Shown here one piece after another: positions 24,445 through 35,654 of a DNA stretch of 64,000 nucleotides (positions within the stretch are counted from its first letter, which is position 1; every line of letters begins with the position of its first letter). The position numbers were made by a program, and so were the translations under genes. Under the pieces are notes generated by a model. The model was not told where the DNA came from. It did no database searches and worked only from the letters and a program-made list of their open reading frames with translations. This DNA is from Coniocarpon cinnabarinum (lineage: Eukaryota), in assembly GCA_051942205.1 (NCBI GenBank), contig JAVECO010000010.1, forward strand, positions 62,001 to 126,000, given 5' to 3'.

Positions 24445-25583
24445 TGAGAGCCAACGATGTTTCTTGCGCGACGTTGCTGGGATCATTCTCCCAACAGTGG
24501 CTAAAGCAAAGTGAGTACCTAGGCTGCAGCTGTCACTTCAGTATCCTATCTTCCTGTGTGCTCAAAAGCACCTTCTGTTATGGCTAACACTCCCTTTCTG
24601 ATCTGGAAGATCTTGGAGGAATGGCTTGTTCCAGACGAGGAAATGTAAGAGCACCAACCTCTCCTCACCTAGCCATCCCTTTCTCACCCCTGGCACGTGA
24701 CCTCGCCAACTGTCTCTGTTTTGATTATCCGGAAAGAGAACACAACCAAATTAAGGATAAGTTACTTACATTGATAGCTGTTTTCCACCCTCACAACAGA
24801 TAAAAGTCTCGAGACTCGATCGCGAACGGCACACTCGTCGCAGCAACTTATCAGGCCACCAATCAGTCTCAAATAGCGATGACGAAGCTGTCTTAAACAT
24901 GTACTCTCACCCAAGTGATGACTGGGCCACTCAAGCGCCCATAGCACAGGATATTGCAGTAGACTTCAGGGTGCTACGTATTGATCATCTGTCTCCGCGC
25001 TCCTACGCCGTCTGCATAGTTGATCAAATCGAGTGTGGCTAGTCTCGTGACACTAATTGGCTGGGCGATGGTGTGGACGGACTGTACCGTGCTGCGTGTC
25101 AAAAATAGCGGAAAGATGATATTCGATGGATTGTGTCGGTATGCTATTCTCGTTGTTGGCACGATCTTGATAAACTTTCGTATTTGGGTCGTTCAGTAGT
25201 TGCGATCACCCATGTATTCCCGTATTTGGCCGTTGGATACTGGCGGTCGGTATTCAAGTAGGCACTGACGTCTGGCACAGTCTATACTCGGCTTGCTTCA
25301 GATGCCCGTTGGAAAACGACTAACATTCACTTCTTAATTTGATGCTCAGGGTTCTCCTGGTGGCAGTCTTTGTGTGCGAAAGCATCTGGCAATCAGGTCA
25401 GGGGCGCCTTTGGTTTGTGGGCTACTGGAGTGTCACATTTTTTTAGCTTATCAGGTGTTGCATGTACTGGAGTGCACGCATCGGAATGGACTGAACGTCT
25501 CGCGGTCTTTCGTAGGCCCGAGGTAAGACCAAAGCCCAGGCTGGCCAAAGGACTTTTCATAGTCCTCACAGGATACGGAATTT

Positions 25584-26293
25584 TCACTCAGCGTATCTGG
25601 ACATACGAAACATCTGTATCATGAGCCCCAATATTGCCTGGTAGCTGCCACACCGAAGATAACCCAAGACAACCTGCGCCACGGTTGCACAGATCCACAA
25701 GTAAACATGCCACCAAGGGTACTCGCTGTGCATACCATCGATGGTGAAATGGGCCGTGCCTCTGAGCGCAGGTGTAGATTCAAGACGAGTGGCAAAAAAG
25801 CATGCTATTGTGACTTGGAAAACTAAGGCGAAGTTGTTGTAGAACTCCATCCATGCACTGAAGCCTGTCTCTTTCTTCATCTTCCCATGATAGACGAAGA
25901 CAACGGGCAAACAGTAGAATGTGATTTTGACAAGGGTCTTGAGCTGTGCTCGAAGGTACTTCGACTCCTCTGTATGCTCGTCTGAGCCGGCGATGGCGTT
26001 TGCAGAAGCTGTTTTGACACCATCAAATGCAGGGGATTGGGTGCTTGATCTTGACAAAATGGAGCCAGAGTTTCCCACGTCCTTTGCCGAAGCATAGACG
26101 CTAGCCAGTGCAGGCCCTAGCGTACATGTCAGGTTTTGTTTATATTGGACAGTATTTGAAACATACTCGCTAGGAAATAATTGTAGACGTTGTTTGTAGT
26201 CGCGTCGCCAACATTGGCATGATTGCCTGTAATCGAGAATTCATGATAGTTGTGACCGTTTCGGCGCCGAACGCCCTCGTCCAATGATGACAT
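25584..26293 (-). CDS. Small 3-4 TM membrane protein (219 aa) with an N-terminal amyloid-signalling-like motif
   Basis: Exon 1 (26293-26167) reads MSSLDEGVRRRNGHNYHEFSITGNHANVGDATTNNVYNYFLA. Intron 26117-26166 (GTATGT...CTGAC...TAG) joins in frame to the hydrophobic ORF ending at 25584. Confidence 0.75.
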
Positions 26294-26998
26294 TGGAGTG
26301 GAAAATCTTGATTTCGTTCAGTATGGAGGCCTTGACAATCCTTTGTGGTCTTAGGACTCATCTTGAGAGGGTCTGGTGAGCGACTTTGTCAGTCTGTAGC
26401 ATGCGTGCCAGACACTAAGAAGTTCGATCTGTGAATGACAGCAAAGCGACCTATTCAGGTGACGCCGAAATTGAACAAGACGAAGACAAAGAATGACTGC
26501 TAGGAGCAACTCCAACGTTCAGATAGTGAAGATGTCAACGGCGAGGCTATGAAGCTGTGCGGCGCCAAGCTCTCGATGCAGATGGTACGTACCGCGAGGC
26601 TGTGACAAAAGCCGCCCTCGAGATTTGAGCTTCTCTCAACCCGAGCGGAACTGCGAGAGACACGTCACCAGGGTGACAGCAAGTGTGGAAGACAGCACTG
26701 TGGACCAAATGCCCTCCAGCCACATCCTATCTGAAAGGCATTGAAGGCACAGTGGATGATGCGCATTATACTTACTGGTTATCGACTTTACAAGCTTTCC
26801 AAGTAAAGACGATACTAGACGAATCAATCATCGCAACGTTCTGACAAATTGTTTTCGCAGGTAGATGCTTTCACGACCGACAGACCTTGGGACGATGTCT
26901 GAACCGTGGTCCAGAGCGGGAAGGTTGAATTAGGCGCTGCTGCTTGGTATTCTGAATGGTATGAATAAATGTCTATGACGCGATCTCGGTCCAAGCTG

Positions 26999-28993
26999 TT
27001 ATGGTCCGACGTGTGGCCAGTACCTCGTCCATGTGACAGCCTCATAGATACCCGCTGGCGCATAACGGAGACTGATGAAGGTCTCGACCAAGATGAAAAG
27101 CCGCGCAACGCCATAAACCGCCCCGCACGTTAAACAGATCAGGCCCATTACCAAGTCCTGTAGCTCACGCCTGAGGATGGGCGTGGTCACTCCATCAATG
27201 AGAATAATCAAGCCACAAAGGAATGGTCTGCATTATTTTATCAGCTGTGGGTCCTTCAAGAACTGAAATGAGCACTGCAACAGATGTGGCGACGCAGACT
27301 ACACGCTCGCGAAGTAGAGCCACGGATACTTACCCAGCAAAGAGAAAAATGCCTGATACTCGCCACATCCACATCTCTACCACCGTTGGAAAATCGTAGC
27401 CCCAAGCTCCCAAGTGCACACCAGCTAGAGCAACCCAAGGTATTGGCGTGAGAATGATTGCAAGCGCAAAGCTCGCCCCGGGCCCTAACCATGACAGGTA
27501 GGGAAATCGAAAAGCCTGATTTCTGACATTCTCGTCGCCGTCTACGTTTCCAAAAACCTTTTCTATGATTTGCACGCAGGCACGATATGGCGGCGGTTCC
27601 TTGGCTCCTTCCTTGACTCCATGTGAGATTGCCTGGTACTCCGACTTGTGCGTTCTCCCCTCTTCGGATTTCAGATTTTGCTCTGCTCTGCTGTTCTCTT
27701 CAGGCAACCTGTGAGATACCTGATCGGATTTCGTACGATCACTAAATCACCGACATCAGTTTAAAATATTCCGTCCCGGGAACGACATGGGTCATGGATC
27801 AGTCATAGGATCTTTGCTGCATCTGCTGATCAATCAACGATGCCAGGACCCTCGATTGATTCAAAAAGCAATGTGATGAGCTTTGTACTGACCTTTCTTC
27901 TTCCACCGACTGCTCTTTGGACTCCTTTATGTATTCTTGGGCCAGCACCACTCTACGCGCATCGTCTGAGCCACCATCCTCACTAAAATCATTGTCAACG
28001 GCGTAATATTGGTCAATACCGTTCTCTGCGCCAGGTTTACTCTTGGTGCGAGGAACGACTTGAGCGAACTCATCATTGATGTAAATTTCTTGCGCTGTAC
28101 CGATATTGTAGGGTTTACAAAACCAGAAAAAGTACGTCAGCAAGGCCATAATAATATATCCCGACGTGACAACTTCGGCAAGGGAAACGTCTAGACCTTG
28201 CGCAAGCCGAGCGATGATCTGTATACCTGTCCACGTTGCCTGCGAGCAGGTGACCACTTTCGACAAATAATCCGTGTGACTTTGTGCGTCAATGAATTCG
28301 TTGTCGATGTCTGTGTGGAGTCTCTCGTATACTTCCCCTAGAAAGCGCTGCAGATCCTTAGACCCCGCCTCGAGATCGCTTTCTGGCAAGGCCCAGAAAT
28401 CACCAATGGAAGGGTTGAACCAAACTTCCTCTCTGTTTTCTTTAAATTTTACTTTCAAGCCGTTGCTGATGAGAAAGAATGACTGCTTCAGAGACAGACT
28501 GGAGCCGATGCAAAATTTTGGCCAACTCCATGTCACGTTCAGCCCGTGGAACTGTTTCAAGCCAATCCATGACAACTTGCATTGCAGACGCCGTTTGGGT
28601 ATATTACGTGAAAACTTACTTCTCTTTCAGCCTCATTGCTGCACACCATTCCATATAGCTGATAGATAAAATTATTTCAGGGACGAACAGTCCACAAGAG
28701 ATCCACAAAATGTTTCCCCCAACGACCTGCCACTTTGTTGGAGGCTTGGCCGGTACGTCGCGATGTATGACTGTGTAGACACATACTATAACGGTGACTG
28801 GGAAAGCACATTAGCTTTGCAAGGGCTTACTTCGATACCGTACGACAAACTCACCGATGCATTGCCAAAGGATCCCTATTGTGCCGCGTCCTGAATCTGG
28901 CTCCTGGACGAACCCAGTCATAATCGTTTCACTTGTAGCGGAAACCGAGGCCATGACGATGAAGTGCACAAGAACGAGTTTTGCCGAAAACAT
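26999..28993 (-). CDS. Multi-pass membrane protein of a fungal family of unknown function
   Basis: Motifs RGTIGILWQC..VIHRDVP, PE, SHTDYLSK..Q.TW...Q..AR..QGL, FWFCKP, FPTVVE..WR and YGVARL..LVETFISLR..P..Y..V.W..YWPH. Introns 28798-28854, 28619 to ~28499 (acceptor uncertain), 27742-27892 and 27228-27333. Confidence 0.8.
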
Positions 28994-30661
28994 AGCGTGG
29001 TGGAGATCAATCGTTGCTTGGTGAACTTCAACCCAGAGTTCGCTGGTCTAAGCAAGCTTTTGAAAAGAAGACGATAGAATTGACAGGTCTATGATTGAAT
29101 GACCAATTCATGGGCGTTGGCAGATGGGGCCAATTCAGCCGCATCACCAATACCGCTCTGGTATGCATGTAAGCGAGTGGCGTCACGGTTGCATCGCTGT
29201 TACGCATGTTGAGGTGCCGTAGGCAAAAAGAGTTTCTCGCTGTAATTCGGTGTGACCAAAACCGTCACGCGAGCCTGCTGTATGAACCAGAGTATCGTGA
29301 GCCGCAATGGCAGTCGCTAGTGTTCGACATGCACGGGACAATCCAAACATTGCCTGCGTCCAGGTGCTTCCGTAATAAGCACCCTCATCTCCTGGGCGGC
29401 TAGTTGCAAGGCAGATCATGCATGAGCTGAGCTACATGCGGACCAATCAGAGATCAGTATGCCGATGAAGCCCTGCAACAATGCGTTTCAAGCCGAAATT
29501 ATTATGGCTCTTCCATTGGTTCAGACTTGAGCAAATTAGTGCAGGCATACTCCCTAGGCTATGCTGAGCGGGACGCGGGACGGTCAAGACGTGTCTATTT
29601 GGGCCCGGATTTTGATGCTTGCCGCTTCCCCGCCCGCGGCGATCTTGACGGGCCGCTTTGCACTATTATCTGAAACGCACGCGAGCGCGCACTGCCTTCT
29701 CCGCAATTCAAGGATTAAGCACCTGCGGTTCAGACGTTCTTGGCGAAGCAAGGCCTCAGTGAAGGCGTGAGCTTGCGAAGACTGTGCAATGTAGACGCTC
29801 ACGGCCCTCGAAGTTATAGGATAGTCGTTGTTCGCGGTCATGTAATAGCTATTGTCATGGATCTGTTTGGCCCTGGATTGCTGGTGATCAAGTTCACGAC
29901 TACCTTTTGTTCTATCCTGAATTGTTCGAGGGCCAGTGTCCTCACGACAAAGCCTGAGTCACGTGACATGCTCGGGATAGGTATTTACCTCACTGCTCTC
30001 TATGTCGTGTTCTTGCATGCGCTATAGAGTTCATGCGATCGAGACCTCCGATCGTGCGCGGATCCCACTAGAGAAATATATCTGTCGAGTTTTTGTGAGG
30101 CTTTAGAGACATGATGCCGAGTCCTAGATGAGTATTTGCTGTCAGCCCGACCCCATAATGCTGGGAGGAATAGATAGACGGACCTAGCAATCTGAGTGAG
30201 ATCTGTTGCCTATGTTACCTTCCCACACACGCCTTGGCTTTGGCAGACTTGAATCGAAATTAAAGACCGGAAGCATGTGAAAGTACTGAAGCTCATTACA
30301 CAGCATTGTAACAAGCATCCTGATTGGCCACTCTTCACTGCACTCATGCAGGAAGCCTGCACCCCGCGAAACTGATCAAGAAATCGGTTGAGAAATTTTG
30401 TCCCTTCGATGCGAGCCAGATTGTCGCATGTTAGCTGGACTGTCACGTTGTGTTCTCACGTCCCGCTATTAGGCTCTGGAAAGCCCAGAGGCATATGTTG
30501 AACGCCCTAACCCAAGTCCACGTTGAGAAGTGGCCGAGCATCGCGGACTTCACGTTGAAAGATTGTCAGTGGTCGCATTGCGACGGGTCGTGCAGCCCAG
30601 CTGGTGGCAAAGATCTCCTCAGCAGACGTGTGTTTGCTCAGCGCCTGCGTATTTGAGAAAC

Positions 30662-32628
30662 ATGCGGAAACCTTTGTGGGATTCACAGCGATATGCCACG
30701 TTCTTGCAGACGAATTGTCTCTTGCAACAGATCAATGACATCCCCATGGGTCCCAAACGCCCCCAAGGTTGTCTCGATATTACAAGCACTCACCATTACT
30801 TGATGTCTATCAAGGAAGAGCAAACTTTGACTCAGGCTTTTGCTTATCTAGCGGCTGCTACAGATGACCCTCGAAAGGTCGTTGCCGTGAGCATCGAAGA
30901 GCTGAAACAGGATTCGATGCGGATCAATCTCGCTGTAAACCACGGGCGCCTAGATTATGTTGAGCTTCATCTCAAGAATGTCTGCAGAATCTTACAAAGG
31001 ATCGCGGCAATGGGTCCCGGTTAGCTTCATAGTTCCTCCCCGACATGCACGGGCTAATCCATGCAGGATCTAACACATTCAGTTTGCAGGATCTCTTGCT
31101 TCAGGAAATCATCGACCTCAGCAAAATCAGAATCCTCGCCAGGCTGCGCTCTAGGCACGCGAAGTTGAAGTCCCAGTATCGAAAGCACAAGCTGGCTCAG
31201 CCGAAACCCCTTCCTCAGTTTCACAACAGTGTGCGAGAAAGTCTGCAACAACACCAGGTCTTGAAGGACGACCCATCGGATCGTCTAGCAGAACTCCGCC
31301 ATCGCAGTGAACTGATGCTAGCTTCCTTCAATCATCTTGAAGGCCTTCAAAACACATCAGTAGAGTCCCCAGCCATGCTGCGGGCAATTGGGGAAATCAT
31401 TGCCCAGTGTTTTCAGTCCTCAAGGATGCTGAAGTCTCTAAGTCTCAAGCACACAACATTGCAAAGCCTTACTGTTGTGCAGAAGCTTGCACGATACCAA
31501 GAGATTGCATGGTATTTGACACACGCCGGCGAGCGGCTTCAATGTTTCCGCAATATTACCGTATTACAAGTCCATTTGTTTCCCCTGCAAGTCAAGCGAA
31601 CAGTTTTGCAAGCGTCACAAGCTCAAAGTTTGTCAATTGTTAGCCAAGCATCCGTCGAGAGTAAGACCAAATCGCAGCAAAAGCTTTCCAGAAACTCACT
31701 GAAGTCTTGCCGTTCATCTGTTTCTTCGAGTACATTCCCAGTCCATGCCGAGGTTCAGCTGTTGATCCACCATCACCTGAACAACGGCGGCAAGCCACCC
31801 CGTGTGATCATGTCAAATAAACTTCCCTGCGTGCTGTGCCACATTTTGTTTCGTTCTCATGGCCAGTACCTGGATGTTGGCACCCATGGTCGCTTTTATG
31901 AGAAGTGGGCCCTTCCGGCAGTGGTCACGCAATTGCCGAAGCCATTTTCAAGCTTCGTGGGAGAAGCTCTGGATCGTGTCGCTGACTACGTCGAGAAAAC
32001 TTTACAAAGGTCCATGCTACATGGAACCTCAAAGATCGCACCACCATTAGAGAGTGTCATCGGCTCAATACCTTCTGTCTCTAGCCATGGTAATCCGTCC
32101 AAGGCCACAGAGCAGTTAGATGTCTCTCGAGAAACCTCAGACCCCTCTGAAGTATCTCGTAAATCGGTCGAAACACAACTTCATGATGCCACATGCGACG
32201 AAGCTAGGTCATTGCTGCCCAGCACCTCAGGTTTGACATCTCAGGAGTCTGAGAGCGAGTTGCGTACAAACAAATACCTTCTGATGAGCGCACATCTAGA
32301 CAATAGCACTAGGGCAGTTCGCATCCGTGCATCGAAGCTTCGAGTGACGGTAGAGGTCGACGAGCTCTTCTCGAAGTCCATGGCTGATGAGGATGAGCAC
32401 AGCCAAATGCGTCCCCAACAGATTCGACTCGATGTTTACCAAAGCGAAGTAAATGAGACGGATGCTTCAACTTCCCGTCCTGTGCAAGCGGTTGAGCACA
32501 TTCCCTGCCATCATGAGATGCTAATCCACTTCAGTGAAGATCCATGGCATGGCAAGATGCACCTGAGCCACAAGGGAAAGCTACTCAGCATATGTTTCAG
32601 TCCAAGCGGATGGAAAGGTCAGAGGTAG
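30662..32628 (+). CDS. OTT_1508-like nucleic acid/nucleotide deaminase (~639 aa)
   Basis: VHAEVQL, SNKLPCVLC and THGRFYEKW motifs (HAE...PCxxC zinc site); N-terminal VVAV..EE and LAVN motifs; intron 31020-31066. Confidence 0.85.
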
Positions 32629-33123
32629 GTTAAATTTAGAAACTCGGAGGAGGCCTCGTCACTCAGGCACTCCAGATTGTTTTCGGCCTAGTGTTTACAA
32701 GATGAAAAAGTCAAATCTCACGGGCGAATCCTACGATTCTATCACTGCCACGTGGACAAACGCCGCATGTCTGCTGCAATGCACACGAACACCACAAGCG
32801 CAGTCTCCCTTTCCACGGAGGAATACCTCGGTTCGATGTAGGATCTGAGAACATCGCAATCTGGCGTCTGAGACTCGGGGCGATGACGTTCGTCTTTCTG
32901 CTAACGCAACATTCAGATAATCATTACACTCTAGTCGCCTCTCGTTGCGGCGCTCGGCTGGCTTCACTGCATCGTGTCCTAAACACGAGCCTTGAATATG
33001 CTTTTCAGCGTGTGTCTTCTGCCCTTCTTCCGTTCCTGTTTAATCTCTTTGCTATCGCAATCCCGCAATCTCTCTTAACGTGAATTCTCACGGCCCCTAG
33101 TTGCGTCCGCTTCGATCGTGAAC

Positions 33124-34131
33124 ATGAGTAAGAATGTGGAAGGACATGGCCAGGCCGAAACTCGGAAGACTGGCGCTGACCGTTCTGATTCCGCTCCACC
33201 TGGTACAGCCGGTGCGGCTTCTGGTTCGCACCACCGTGACTATGTAAGACTTCGCAAACACCTACACCCTGGCGGCGGCGGCCCCTCAGCTAGTAGAAAG
33301 TTACGTGACGGAAGCGACCCTGATACGATCGAGAACATCCAAGACGACTTCTACGACCTCTATCGACACTGGCGAGCCAAGTCCGTAGAGCGCAACGCGT
33401 TGTTCTCAGCATTGGCCCGGGTGCGAACTACTCTACATGCAGTCGATAATATTTGCGTGGCTCCATTTGGGTCAATAGATATTGCTAGAGAGGAGTTCTA
33501 TGAAGACAAGGAAGAGTGGCAGAATCGGATGAACTACTGGGTTACCTTGACGCATCTAGCCATCCTCGTCGATCTAAAGCAATTTTGGCGCCTTGACCAA
33601 TATCGTCATCTGCTACGAAAGCATCGTTTTGGTAACGGGTGCGCCCAAGATCAGGAACTCACAAAAAATGACGAGGAGGTTGTCGAAGATCTAAACTTGG
33701 AAGCGGAGCAAGGCATGCGCAAGCTTAAAATCACTGATCGCAGTCTTTTTTTCAGAACATCACGAGCTGATGCAAGATTTCCCGATGATCAGGTGCTCGA
33801 AGCAAAACCAGCCATGATAATCGTAGTGTCGAGGTCAGGTCAGTATCAAATGCAGCCGGAACACCTGGCCCAGATCAAAAGAGAATACAAGTCGTTGCGT
33901 ATACCACTTGGAGAAGTCCAAACCTCCATGGAGGGTGCAGCAGTCCGTCAGACGCTGAATGATTTGGTAATACTCGTGCGGGAAGACCTTCAAAAAGAAG
34001 TCAACGTAAAAGCACTATTTGACTTTTCAGATCCAATGGAAGGCATTGTGGACTCCATGAAGCACTTATTTACGACAAGAGAGCAATTATCGTCACCAGA
34101 TCTTGAGCCTCCTGGAAAAGGCAAAGCTTGA
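33124..34131 (+). CDS. Diverged SRR1-like domain protein (335 aa)
   Basis: ICVAPFGS ... HLAIL ... AQDQELTKND ... ITDRSLFF ... PAMII matches the SRR1 motif order in degenerate form. Confidence 0.6.
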   Translation: MSKNVEGHGQAETRKTGADRSDSAPPGTAGAASGSHHRDYVRLRKHLHPGGGGPSASRKLRDGSDPDTIENIQDDFYDLYRHWRAKSVERNALFSALARVRTTLHAVDNICVAPFGSIDIAREEFYEDKEEWQNRMNYWVTLTHLAILVDLKQFWRLDQYRHLLRKHRFGNGCAQDQELTKNDEEVVEDLNLEAEQGMRKLKITDRSLFFRTSRADARFPDDQVLEAKPAMIIVVSRSGQYQMQPEHLAQIKREYKSLRIPLGEVQTSMEGAAVRQTLNDLVILVREDLQKEVNVKALFDFSDPMEGIVDSMKHLFTTREQLSSPDLEPPGKGKA

Positions 34132-34182
34132 TATGGTGAATTGATATGTTTCGGATATAACAATGACGGTGTCTCATCTGCG

Positions 34183-35229
34183 TCAGCTCTCTCCGAAGTC
34201 CATATGCCCAGTGGACACAGCATGTTGTGTTGCGCCTTTTTCGCCGCTACCAGTCCATCCGCAAATGTTGCACTTGATTGCGAAATTGGACGTGTCTGTG
34301 TAGTAATGTTTTTCTCGCAGTTTGCCGCAAAGCTCCATTGCAGCGGCAAGAACAATGTCATCGCTGCCCTCAAAAACTTTCACGTCATCCTCAGGCTCGG
34401 CCTTTCTGCCGAAGCCGAGTCTGTCGTTCGGACTAAGCGCCACTGCATCGTAGTGAATGCCCGAATACACTAGTATGCATCGACGTTCTGCGCCTTCGTT
34501 GAAACGATCGACACGACCATCTAAGACCGAGATGCTGGATACCTCGGTCCCAAAATGCTTTGCTAATATCGACAGCTCAATGTAGCCTCCCCAGGATGCA
34601 TCCGTTTGGATCCACCTGCAGTACTGCTCTTGTGGCTTTCCTAATATCGCATCAGAGTACATGTCCGGATTCGATGCTATAGTCGATGCGACCAGAGATC
34701 GGAGCTCGTGCATACTGTCTATACTAGGGCCTAACATTAGATATGATAGCGCTCTGAACAGACAGGAGTTATCATCTGGCATAACGCGAAGTACTAACGC
34801 GCCATCGCGAGCGGGAAGAGAAATCTCTGGAGTATCTAAGGGTTCTCTGGCAATAGCCTCTGCAACTGATGTGTCGTCAACCACCATTGGTGATGTTGAC
34901 GGGGAAGTAAGCGGTTGAGACGCCCGTGTTAGAGATTGTGCTGGCATTGATTCCTTTTGCGCGGAAGGGTGCTCTGGATGATCATCCGTTTGCCGTCTTG
35001 CAACGATCAGCTGCTCGCCGTTGAGTTTATACCCTGCCTCGGATATCGAGATACCGCTATCATGAGCATCAAGGTCAAGTGGTTGAGGTGGATAGCCGAT
35101 CTTCAATTCATATTGCTGGATGTCAGATGCCTTAACGATTTCCTGGCGCAAGTTGGCTATCGTTGCAGATTCAGGGAGATTAATCGTTGCCTGTCCGCCC
35201 GGATGTCTCAAGCGAAAGCGCATTGCCAT
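34183..35229 (-). CDS. OTU1: Ubiquitin thioesterase OTU1/YOD1 (348 aa)
   Basis: UBX-like N-terminus (GYPP), MPDDNSCLF, WGGYIEL, YSGIHYD and a C-terminal C2H2 (CNIC...HAVSTGH). Confidence 0.96.
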   Translation of the reverse strand: MAMRFRLRHPGGQATINLPESATIANLRQEIVKASDIQQYELKIGYPPQPLDLDAHDSGISISEAGYKLNGEQLIVARRQTDDHPEHPSAQKESMPAQSLTRASQPLTSPSTSPMVVDDTSVAEAIAREPLDTPEISLPARDGALVLRVMPDDNSCLFRALSYLMLGPSIDSMHELRSLVASTIASNPDMYSDAILGKPQEQYCRWIQTDASWGGYIELSILAKHFGTEVSSISVLDGRVDRFNEGAERRCILVYSGIHYDAVALSPNDRLGFGRKAEPEDDVKVFEGSDDIVLAAAMELCGKLREKHYYTDTSNFAIKCNICGWTGSGEKGATQHAVSTGHMDFGES

Positions 35230-35605
35230 ATTGTGAATCGAGTCGATGTGTCATCTATGTTAGATGTTGACTTCCCACAGAACTTCCTGGCTATCAGAGA
35301 GGGGACTGTCTTATACCGGAGCAACACATTTCGAACAGTGTTAGGTAAGTGGCGGGAAGCGAGTCAGCGGTCCGGACGCCTTTCCTGTTCCTGCCAAGTC
35401 CCTGCATACACCTCGGCTGCCTGCATAAGTCTCGGTTCTCAAGCACATGATTCTGACTGAGCTTAACACTACTGATAATGCTGAAGGGAGGCCACTTCGC
35501 ATTCTCCTGTACGGAGTCCCTGCTCATGGTTAACAACGTCGTTTCAGGGGAGTTGCAGACTTATGTCTGCGGGCAGTTGCGTGCCAGCATCTTTTGTTTC
35601 ACAAT

Positions 35606-35613
35606 GTAAACAA
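35606..35613 (+). promoter_or_regulatory. Forkhead-type site GTAAACAA
   Basis: Exact motif about 40 nt upstream of ATG 35655. Confidence 0.3.
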
Positions 35614-35654
35614 ACATCACCTGCATCGCCTCCACGACCTGCTTTGTAGTCTCC

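Noticed and set aside
11000..34131. Starship or other giant transposon as the explanation for the accessory block
   Set aside because: No DUF3435 tyrosine recombinase or transposase ORF and no identifiable boundary repeats.
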